A model generated the notes under the pieces. The model worked only from the letters and a program-made list of their open reading frames with translations, had not been told where the DNA came from and searched no databases. DNA of 64,000 nt from Mobula hypostoma. Taxonomy: Eukaryota. Below are positions 50,525-60,652 of this stretch, one piece after another; the stretch's first letter is position 1; each line of letters opens with the position of its first letter. A program made the position numbers and the translations under genes. The stretch spans positions 124,001 through 188,000 of the forward strand of contig NC_086110.1 in the NCBI RefSeq assembly GCF_963921235.1, in the 5' to 3' direction.

Positions 50525-50601
50525 TAACAGCCAGCAGAGGAGACAGTCTGGAGCTACAGATCAACAGACTGGCTGAATTAATTGGCCGCCTGGAGGATAA
50601 G
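50525..50601 (+). CDS. NECAB2: NECAB2 exon, 77 nt (VTASRGDSLELQINRLAELIGRLEDK), coiled coil
   Basis: cccccatgcag acceptor, gtgagg donor; matches recalled LEAQISRLAELIGRLESK. Confidence 0.93.
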
Positions 50602-50951
50602 GTGAGGGCAGTATTGGGACAACCAGACTTGCCGTCTACTGTCTACCCAGGTTGACGCTAGCCCACTCCCTAACCGTGGGGTTTAGTGGGGTGTTCCAGG
50701 GGAGGAGTTTTGGAAGTATCAAAATACCAGTAAGGGTTGTGGACCAAACATTCTTTCAGTTCCACATGTGTAGGCTGCTCCTGGGTCTCTGTTGAGTACA
50801 GTCTTCAAAGGCTAGAAACCTTGGACAGAGCCTCAACCCCCACCAACCAGTGTGGCTCCCCACACTCACTAGTTCCTGCCCTGATCGCCCCCACGTAACA
50901 GTCACTGCCAAAGAACTTGCCTCACCAGTTTCTGCTCTGATCTCCCCCATG

Positions 50952-51381
50952 TAACTCATTTGTAAGGCTAGTGATGTTCTGGGGATGGAACTGGACTCTC
51001 TCACGGTGGTGTCTGAAAAAAGGATGCTGTCCAAGTTGCATGCCATCTTGGACAACGTCTCCCATCCACTACATAATGTACTGGGTGGGCACAGGAGTAC
51101 ATTCAGCCAGAGACTCATTCCACCGAGATGCAAAACTGAGCGTCATAGGAAGTCATTCCTGCCTGTGGCCATCAAACTTTACAACTCCTCCCTTGGAAGG
51201 TCAGACACCCTGAGCCATTAGGCTGGTCCTGGACTTATTTCCTGGCATAATTTACATATTATTATTTAATTATTTATGGGTTTATATTGCTATATTTATA
51301 CTCTATTCTTGGTTGGTGCAACTGTAACGAAACTCAATTTCCCTTGGGATCAATAAAGTATGACCATGACTATGACTATGA
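50952..51381 (+). mobile_element. Rex1/Babar 3' fragment
   Basis: ILDNVSHPLH..RHRKSFLPVAIKLYN; aataaagt + (atgact)n tail. Confidence 0.88.
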
Positions 51382-53557
51382 AACAGTCACTGCTAAGGAA
51401 CTTGCCTCACCAGTTCCTGCCCTGATCTCCCCCCACCAGTTTTGTCCAGGGTCTCCCACACCTAACAGTCTCTGCCCAGGGTCTCCGCCACCATTCCCTG
51501 ACCAGTGTCTCCCCCAACCAGTCTCTGTCCAGAATTTCCCCACCAAACCCTGCGGCACATTTTCCCCCACCAGTATCTCCCCAGGCTGTACGGGTGTCCC
51601 TGCATCCACCTGACTGGAGCTATATTTGGAGAGGAGCGTTCGTCCTGGTGTCTCGAACTGGTCTAATGCTAACCCCGTAAAGGACACAGCTGGAAACTGA
51701 GCTCAATGCTGCACAGAGTCCCTTGTGGTGAGGAGAGAGTCCCCATCCCGGTAAGAGTTGTGAAGTAAATACCTCCTCACTTCCATGGGCACAGACTACT
51801 CCTGGGTCTCTGCCGAACGCAGGCTTCACAGCCAGCCAACTCCAGGAAGGTATGGTGGTGCCAAAGGTCAGTTCTTTTCAGAGTGGAGCTGATTAGTGAC
51901 AATTAACCCCTGATTCACTCCTGACACCCTGATGCGAGTGCACAAGTGAACCCCAACCCAATGTCGGTGGTTGTGAATTCTGTACATTTCCACAGCTCAG
52001 TCATCGCCACTGGAATTCACAAAAACTGGCGTTGTGAGCCGGTCCAGAGCTTGGACAAGCCGCCTGGCTCAGGTCCTGTGTTCCATGGGTGAAGGGACAG
52101 CAGGTACCTCTGGTCATCCAGAGGTGTGTTGACACACTCATGGTCAAACTCTCCAAATCCTAGTGAGCTGGTTTAGGGTGATCTACCAAAATCATTCAGG
52201 TTCACCCCACTTATTTACAGCAAAAATCTTTTCTCTCCGGTCCAAAGCGCGGAACAGGCCATCATAAAGTGGATGTCAGTGTGCATCATGGTGGACGAAA
52301 ACAAACAAGGTGGAATGTAGGACAACGAGAACTCAAGAATGTTGTGTGCCATGATGGGAGGTCGGAATAGGAATTGAATTTACTGAGGAGGGTGGAACGC
52401 TGCTGAGAGGCCAACAAGGCAGTTGTGGCATCAGGAATGAAATTACCTGACACTCATAACAGCTGCCCGTATACCAGCTTTGTCACGGATGACCGTGGGT
52501 CCTCTTTTGAAGCCCCTGCAGGACCAATGGGAGACGATCATGCCAACTCTTATCGGTCAGGGAAGCCATTACAGCAGCCTTTAAGGAGCGGAGGAACCCC
52601 TCGCATAGGCCATTGGACTGCGGGTGATACGCCGTGGTGCGATGTAACCTAATGCTGAGACTCTGGGACATCACAGGCCAGAGGTCTGATATGAATTGGG
52701 GACCATGGTCAGAGGAAATATCAGATGGGGTGGCAAGCCAGGCAACTCAGTTACTGATGAACGCCTGAGGCCAGCGTTGATGCTGGAGAGATGGACTCTA
52801 GCCATCTGGTGGTATTGTCCACCATGGTGAGGAGGTGCGTGAAACCATGGGAGGGGGTAAGAGGACCAACAAGGTCCACATTGACGTGGTCAAACCGTCA
52901 CTCAGGGACCTCAAAAGGTGCCAATGGCGCCTGAGCACGATGGAAAATTTTCTTCCTGCTGGCCCTCCACACAAGCTGCAGTCCAATCATGCATGTCCTT
53001 TCAAAGGCTGTGCCACACAACCAGTTTCTGTGAGATCTCCCAGCCCGGATGTGAGAGGCCATGTATGGAGTCAAAAACTGTCCACCTCCAATGGGGAGAG
53101 GACAACCGGTTGAGACATTGCAGAGGAGAGAAACACCAGCTTCACCGAACTTAACGTCAGCCAACCACAGACCCGTGACTGCCGTTCTATAAGCCAGGAT
53201 CTCTGGGCCAGTAGCTTGGTCAGCTGCCGTGCTGGTATAGTCAACCCCGATGTGTACGGTCTCAGCGGCTGGCTGTGAGAGGCAATCGGCCACGGCATCA
53301 TATTTCCCCTTGATGTGTCGAATATCATTTGTGAACGCTGATATGTAGGCCAGGTGACATTGCTGCCGTGCAGACCAAAGATCTGATATTTACATTATTG
53401 TGTGCACAAGGGCTTTGTGGTCAACAAACATTGTGAAATAGTGACCCTCTAGAAGACTACTGAAGCTCATGGTCAAACGCGCTGTAATTTCTTTAGCAGG
53501 AATGGTGTTATCGGCTGAAGTAAGAGAGTGGCTGCTACACATCTTCGACCAACTGAT

Positions 53558-53682
53558 TGTGCACAGCACCCTCAGCGTAGTCTGTTCGTCTGTGCACAGC
53601 ACCCACAGCGTAGTCTGTTCGTCTGTGCACAGCACCCACAGCGTAGTCTGTTCGTCTGTGCACAGCACCCACAGTGTAGTCT
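53558..53682. repeat. 33-bp tandem repeat, about 4 copies, within Gypsy RNase H
   Basis: tgtgcacagcacccacagcgtagtctgttcgtc. Confidence 0.95.
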
Positions 53683-55559
53683 GAAGCATCAGTAGTAATG
53701 GCTATGGGTGTGTTGGGGAGTGAGTGTGCCATTAAGCACTTTAGAAAGAGTTTGTTTGCTATCATTAAATGCCCTGGTCATGTCTGCCAACCAGTCAAGC
53801 ACATCATTAGAGACATTGCCTTTAAGCACAGTAGTAGCATAGGTCAGTAGCTCGCAGAATGAATCGATGATAGAAATTTACCATGCCTGATAACTCCTGT
53901 GACTTTTTGGAGTGCAGCATGGTGGGAAATTCATAATAGGCACCATACTTGATGGGAGGTGTTTTGTATCTTCGGAAGAGATGTGATGGCCGAGAAAATC
54001 AATGGTTGACAACCCAAACTGGCATTTAGCAAAGCTGTGTTTGCTTAAGAACTCGAAAAGTGTACTGAGATGAGATACACGTTCACATTTGGATATATTG
54101 GCGACAAGTATGTCATCCAAGTAAACAAAAAGAAAAGCTATGTCTTTTAATACAGAATCCATCAGCCCAAACGGCATGCACAGAAACTTAGAGGCAAAAT
54201 GGAGTTATCACAGCCATCTTGGGAATGTCCTTCCAGCACACAAGCACCTGATAGTAGCCCCTAGCTATTGTAGATTGACTTTGGGAAAAATTAATTTTCT
54301 GGCTAAACATGCCGAGAAGTCCTGGATATGTGGGACTGGGTAAAGATCATGAGTGGTGGCCTTTCTAACACGTCAGTATTCACTATATGGGCGGCAACCG
54401 CCATTGGACTTAGGAACCATACGAAGGGGCGAAGCCCAGGGGCTTTTCGACCAGTGTACAGTTCCAAGTCTTTCCATGTTAGCAAACTTGACTTCCACGG
54501 CTGCCAGCTTTTCTGGGTTCAGTCTACACATGCGGGCATGGGGGCAGGCCATTTGTAGGAATGTGGTGCTCAACACAATGTTTTGTGACTGTAGTGGACA
54601 ATGTGGGCTTGGTGAGGTTTGGGAATTCAGCCAGAAGTCAAGTAATCTCACATGTGTTGGTGCATGTGCTTGAAGTTGTTGTAGGGAACTTACTGGGGAA
54701 GCAGTGTAACAACTCAAAGTCCTTGACATCCACAATCGCCAATCAGTCCTTGGGTACACAAGACATCTGGACCGAGCAGAGGTCTAGCCACTTCAGCCGG
54801 GGTGAAGTCTCATAGGTAACGTTGCCCAACAAGTGTAGACCCTGCTGCTGTTGGCAGCCTCCAGTGTGGTTTCATTGCTCCTTGCCTTCTCATCGATAGG
54901 CAGTACCGGCAGCACATTCACTTGAGCATCCGTGTCACACAGGAAGTGTCGCCCGTAAGGGTGTCTATAATGAACAGTAGACGAACCTGGTAGCTGGAAC
55001 CATGGTGTCTACAGACCTCTGATCTCCCAGTGCGCTGGCACTGTCGGCACTGCAGGGTGGTCGGCACTTACTAGCACTCGTAACACGGCGAGCGTGATGA
55101 AAACACAGGCCGGGCACTGCCCGGCACCCGCCTTGTGCACTCACACCCTGATCATCCAAAAGTCTGTAAAAGGTGAGTTTTCAGCAGTCAGTGTCATCGT
55201 GTTCAGGCAGACTCACCACTCTCACAGCCATCGAGTTACTGAACGATGTTACCACAGAAATATTTGGTGCTGTCAGCAGAGGTTTCTCACAGCACAAGTT
55301 GGCCCTCAACTTGTTCAAACCAAGCAACAGCATTTTGGTCCCAAAACTCCGGCAGTTTCTAAGTGATTGTGTTGGCCAACGTGTTCAATAACTCTTGAAC
55401 AGTCGTAGAACATTGGGTCACCAATGTAGGTTTTCGCAAATAAAATGGTGGAGGCGTTTTATGTTTTAAAAAAAAGTAGCAACTCATTTTTTGAACACCA
55501 ACAAACTGAGCACAAAACACAATAAAATTTGTTTATGTAATTATCTCATCTCATCAGAC

Positions 55560-55943
55560 TATATACTTTATACTTTATTGTTGCCAAACAATTGATACCA
55601 GAACATACAATCATCACAGCGATATTTGATTCTCGCTTCCCACTCTCTGGATTACAAATATTAAATATTACAAATATTAAAAATAGTAAAAAATAGTAAA
55701 TATTAAAAATTTAAATTATAAGTCATAAATAGAAAATAGAAAAATGGGAAGTAAGGTAGTTCCAAAAAACCGAGAGGCAGGTCTGGATATTTGGAGGGTA
55801 CGGCCCAGATCCAGGTCAGGATCCGTTCAGCAGTCTTATCACAGTTGGAAAGAAGCTGTTCCCAAATCTGGCCGTACGAGTCTTCAAGCTCCTGAGCCTT
55901 CTCAGGAAGAGGGACGAAAAGTGTGTTGGCTGGGTGGGTTGTC
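55560..55943 (-). mobile_element. Rex1/Babar 3' fragment inserted into the Gypsy LTR
   Basis: THPANTLFVPLP..; (tatactt)n tail on the left. Confidence 0.8.
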
Positions 55944-55952
55944 CCTCTTAAA

Positions 55953-56253
55953 GTTAAAGTCTGTCCCGAGCCTTGTGGCCCATCAGGCCGGTGCTTATGC
56001 CGGTTTCTGTGGCGTGAAGCGACTGAGAGTACGAGACTCCCCCCCCCCCCAGCCCCGGATAGGTCTATCTTGAGGTTAACCCCCAGCATTTGCCGGTACC
56101 CATTTTCAGCTGGGTGGACTGGAGCAGTTTGTGGTTAAGTGCCTTGCTCAAAGACAAGTGTAAGTGCCTTGCTCAGCTGCCTTGGTCGAGACTCGAACCC
56201 ACGACCTTCAGATCGTGAGCCCAACACCCTAACCACTTGGCCACGTGCCACAC
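55953..56253 (-). mobile_element. tRNA-derived SINE with central conserved-type domain and RTE-like 3' tail
   Basis: Minus strand: A box TGGCCAAGTGG, B box GGTTCGAGTC, ccacccagctgaaaatgggtacc, tail ..gaaaccggcataagcaccggcctgatgggcc..(actttа)-type repeat; flanking cctcttaaa duplication. Confidence 0.85.
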
Positions 56254-56320
56254 CTAGCCTCTTAAACCCCAACCCAATTGTGGTGTCCTCTACGTTTTTG
56301 CCAATTACATTACCCTAGAG

Positions 56321-56935
56321 CAGCCTTTCTCAACCTTTTTGCCCTGGAGGAACCCTTGAAATAATTTTCAGGTCTCAGGGAACCCCTGCGTAAAAATAAT
56401 TATATCTACAGCTCATGGTACATTCGTGTGATCAGTAAGCTGTAGATATAATAATCCAAAAATAATTGTCAATACTCTTTTGAGTAGAGAATGAACTTTT
56501 AGCCAGCCTTTCTTGGAAAAAGAAACAGGTAATTAAGCTTAGCTTGCCTTTCTTGAAATTAATCTTTCTTTCTCTTTCATAATTTTTTAAAACTCGTAAG
56601 GCAGACATAATAAATTTCTGTTAAGTTGCTGGCTTAAGCCAAATGGGATTTAATTTTTCTAACGGTAGGCTCGGTAGATTTACTTTAAATGAAGGTTGTA
56701 AATTGATTTTAATTAATGCTATTTACAGCATGAAAATTTATTGACAATATTGAATAGTAAAATTACTGAAAACCATAAGCCAAAGCAACACAGTTCATCC
56801 AAGACCAATGTTTTGTTTCCAGATATGAAGCTAAAACGTTAAATAGATTTTGGCCTTTGGTTGTTTCCGACTGCTCTTTACAACAGAGTTTTCTTGAATT
56901 TCACCATTATTTACAAATCTTACATTGCTGTTCGG
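56321..56935. mobile_element. hAT-Charlie-like DNA transposon fragment (one end only)
   Basis: cagcctttctcaacc TIR-like start after ccctagag (Charlie-type target); repeated gaaccc subterminal motifs; no second TIR seen. Confidence 0.6.
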
Positions 56936-56939
56936 TAAC

Positions 56940-57162
56940 ACTTTTGCTTGACCAGTCAGGGTGCTAGCCCTGAGGTGAACCCCTAAACCTGGAGGATGGG
57001 TGGACCACTCTTAGTCTGGCCTCTATCCTTTGACCTGCTCGGCATGGGTGACCCTACTCAGAGTCAGGGCAAAAAGCCCCGACTCCAGCCGGCAGAGCTC
57101 TCCAGGTCATTGAGGCATGCAAGTCTCCAAACTCTATGACAAGGTTGTGGTCCTCTTGGGGG
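56940..57162 (-). mobile_element. RTE-clade LINE 5' UTR fragment
   Basis: Minus strand ggaccacaaccttgtcatagag..cttgcatgcctcaatgacc..agggtcacccatgcc..caggtca resembles the recalled RTE/BovB 5' end. Confidence 0.6.
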
Positions 57163-57473
57163 CCCGAACAGCTTGCCCCACACATACTGCCCAGTCTTGC
57201 ACTTGGAAGGGGTAGAAGGAGGATAGGAAGGTCCTTCTCATGGTGCCCAATGGACAGGATGGAAGGGTAGAGAAAGTCCCATGTCATTCTGTGCCTTCAC
57301 TGACTTGTATTACCCCTGGGAGGGGTGGTGATTGTTTAAGGAGTGTTGCTGCTTCCTTGTCCCCCTTACTGCCCTCTGTTACCCCTGGGTGTGGTAGAGG
57401 GGTGTATAGAGACTGCCCCCTGCTGGAAGTGGCATAGAATGGTCCCTGCTCATGTCCTTATCTCTGTTTTCAG

Positions 57474-57530
57474 ACAGTCTGGCTCGACCTGCAGCAGAAG
57501 GTGATGGACAATGAGAACATGACCTGCTCG
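57474..57530 (+). CDS. NECAB2: NECAB2 exon, 57 nt (TVWLDLQQKVMDNENMTCS)
   Basis: tgttttcag acceptor, gtgagt donor, phase 0/0; matches recalled ALWFDLQQRLSDEDGTNM. Confidence 0.9.
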
Positions 57531-58871
57531 GTGAGTGGACCACCTCTCTCAAAGGACACGTTGCAATCAGATTTCCCATGCAACTCATCAGTTCTGGGGA
57601 AGAGCACTGCCTGGTTCTCAGATCACTGTGCGAGTCCGGGTGGATCCCAGCATGTGGATGGTCAATCCCAGATCCACTCTGTCTCCCTGAATGGGGCGGA
57701 CCAGAAACGTCAAATTCTGCTTTTGGATAGGTACATGGATGGCAGTGGCTGTAGGGATATGATCTGGGTGCAGGTAAGTGGCCTTTGGCAGAAGAGTGGG
57801 TCAGCATGGACGGGATGGGACCAGTCAGAGGTCTGACTCCTGGTCCGACTGTTACCATGGTAAATATAAAATGCTGCTATGTGATCCACTCACTCAAAGT
57901 GATGAGGAGGTGCTAACTCACACAATGACTCCAAACCATTGATTCCAAGCTTCCTTATACCACTGCTGGTGGCCAGTACATCTTAATACAGACATGTTTC
58001 CTGTGATTGTTCGCACAGCCCCCAAAGCGTGATCAGGGTCTGGATGGAGTAATGGAATGTATTATGTACCAGACAGTGTTTGGGATGACACCACGGGTGA
58101 CGTGTTAAATGGTGTATTATCAGCACATGCACCTTAAATGATGCATGGGGTTATGCGGTTATGCATTGCAGAGTGTCTTGTTTTGTGTACTGAGGTCACC
58201 AAAGTGATTTCCAGGATTTTATAAGCTCTGGGTTGGGAAGCACCTTAAGGTTACATTCAGATTTAAATGTGCTTATTGTCCTACATGCCAAAGCGTTACT
58301 TGTTCGGTTGAAGCTCACAGAATAAACAGTGGACGTGATCAAAATAAGTACAATACACACAGTGAAGGCACCAACCAACAAAATTGAGAAGAGGTTTAGT
58401 GCATGCTGAAGTAGGCAAAAAACGCTACAGGCAATAATGGAATAGGTGAGAGGGGTAAAGCTCGGAGTCTGAGAACCCGACAGCAATGCTGGGATGGAGA
58501 TGAGAAAGAGGAGGTTAGATCAGGAGTCTGATAGCAGTGGCAACGGCGTCTGGTCATCAAGATGCTCAATCTCCTGCTCTGCGAGGAGGTAGATATGAGA
58601 ACGGGTAATGGCCAAAGAGGCAGGAACCTGTGACTATAAACATTCTTGAAGAAATGCACAGTGAAGATGAACAGGATGGACAGAATTGACATGGGTCATT
58701 GCATTGGAGAGGGACCTATCGGTGTAGCAATATTGTCAAAGTGCTTTCCATGATTTTGCCTTGGACAGCAATGCAATATCAAGTCAGGATGGTGTGTGAC
58801 TTGGAGAGCAACGTCGAGCTGGAGATGTTCCCTATGGTTTTGCTGCCCCTGTCCTTCCAGTTGGTGGATGT

Positions 58872-59180
58872 GCCACAGTAGCATAGCGATTAACTTAACT
58901 CTATTACAGCTCGGGACATTGGACTTTGGAGATCAGCCCTGGCATCCTCTATAAATAACCTCTATACATCCTCCTGGAGGAACGCATGGATTTTTCCGGG
59001 TCCTCTGGTTTCCTCCCACAGTCCAAAGATGTACTAGATAGGTTAATTGGTCATTGTAAATTGTCCCATGATTAGATTAGCATTAAAACAAGTTTGTCAG
59101 GGGCTATAGGACGGCACAACTCGAAGGGCCTACTCTGTGCTGTGCAAATAAATAAAAAAAACAAACAAACAAATAAATAA
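58872..59180 (+). mobile_element. V-SINE (HE1-like)
   Basis: V domain ttttccgggtcctctggtttcctcccacagtccaaagatgtac; (aaat/aaac)n tail. Confidence 0.82.
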
Positions 59181-59379
59181 TTCAATATAAGAGGTGGTGG
59201 ATTTGGAAGGTGTTGTCTAAGGAGTCTCACTGAGCTGCTACAGTGCATACTATAGATAGTACAAACAGTGTCGGTGGTGGAATGTAATAACCAATGGCCT
59301 TACTTCACTGACTTTCAGCACTTTAACCACCTGCTCATTCTGTTGATGTTGCTTCTATATTTCCTCTCTCTCTCTGCAG

Positions 59380-59492
59380 CATCTCTTCCTTGTACGCCAG
59401 CATATGACCATTGGGCAGAAGCACCTGGCAGAGTTTGGTAACTCTCTGAAGCAGTATCTGAAGGATGTGTCGACACAGAGAGACTGCTTCCA
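59380..59492 (+). CDS. NECAB2: NECAB2 exon, 113 nt (HLFLVRQHMTIGQKHLAEFGNSLKQYLKDVSTQRDCFH), start of ABM domain
   Basis: (tc)n-tgcag acceptor, gtgagt donor; matches recalled [38 protein letters not shown]. Confidence 0.93.
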
Positions 59493-59669
59493 GTGAGTCC
59501 ACTCACTCAGGGCCATTACACTCTGCTCAACGCCTATGGATGTTAGACAACAACAGCTCAGTATCAATGGAGAAAGTACAGGCCAGTGTAAACAGAGCAG
59601 ATTAGCATTTCCTGGTTGGGTGGGATATCCAAAAACGGGAAGTACAACAGAGGAAATGCTTACTATCCT

Positions 59670-60458
59670 ACCACTGTCCATTACCCACTGACCACTCACT
59701 GCTGACCATTCCCCACTGTCCATTCCCCACTGACCACTCACTGCTGACCATTCCCCACTGTCCATTCCCCACTGACCACTCACTGCTGACCATTCCCCAC
59801 TGTCCATTCACCACTGACCACTCACCACTGACCACTCACCAATGACCATTCACCACAGACCACTCACCACTGACCACTCACCACAGACCACTCACCACAG
59901 ACCATTCACCACTGACCACTCACCACTGACTACTCACTACAGACCATTCACCACTGACCACTCACCACTGACCACTCACCACTCACCACTCACCACTGAC
60001 CACTCACCACAGACCATTCACCTCAGACCATTCACCACAGACCACTCACCACTCACCACTGTCCATTCACCACCAACCACTCACCACTGACCACTCACTG
60101 CTGACCATTCCCCACTGTCCATTCACCACTGACCACTCACCACTGACCACTCACCACTGACCATTCACCACTGACCATTCATCACAGACCACTCACCACT
60201 GACCACTCACCACTGTCCATTCACCACTGACCATTCACCACAGACCACTCACCACTGTCTATTGACCACTGTCCATTCACCACAGACTATTCCAAACACC
60301 ATTCCCACACTGACCATTCCCAACACTGACCATATCTTAACACTGCCCATTCTCCAAACATCATTCCCTACTGACCATTTCCCCGCTGACCATTCCCAAC
60401 ACTGATAATTTCTAACATTGACCATTCCCCAAACATCATTCCCCATTGACCATTCCCC
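59670..60458 (+). repeat. Low-complexity (accactcaccactg / accattccc)n satellite-like tract, left part
   Basis: Directly visible 7/14-mer periodicity. Confidence 0.92.
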
Positions 60459-60652
60459 CAGTGGCGTATCTAAGGTATGGCACGTGCCCTGGGCGCCACT
60501 TGAAGGGGGCATCACTGAGCAGTTTCTATTAAAGTCAGACAAGCCATCCTCAGATAGTGAAAGAAGAATTTTCTTCAGATGTATGATCTGTCTTTGATTA
60601 TCATGGGTGAGAAGCACTAGGATGGCCTTATTTCAGAGCATTGTGTAAGACC

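Larger units (their letters stand above)
51940..56309 (-). mobile_element. Decayed Gypsy/Ty3 LTR retrotransposon, CsRn1-like clade (gag-PR-RT-RH-IN); 5' LTR interrupted
   Basis: CHCC knuckle 55052-55105, PR FLCDTDAQVNVLP ~54905-54950, RT YLDD, RH TDASDY, IN TTAYHPQSNG; PBS TGGTGACCC at 55415-55423; left boundary uncertain. Confidence 0.85.

Noticed and set aside
50863-51435. Apparent ~52-bp TSD around the Rex1 fragment
   Set aside because: A third partial copy lies upstream (50863-50896), so this is a pre-existing ~56-bp tandem repeat interrupted by the insertion
51620-52010. Well-defined 3' LTR of the Gypsy element
   Set aside because: Only a short match (aaccccaacccaat) to the 5' LTR; no clear polypurine tract or TSD, so the boundary is left uncertain
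56170-56253. tRNA gene on the minus strand
   Set aside because: A/B boxes belong to a SINE head followed by SINE body and tail; no complete cloverleaf
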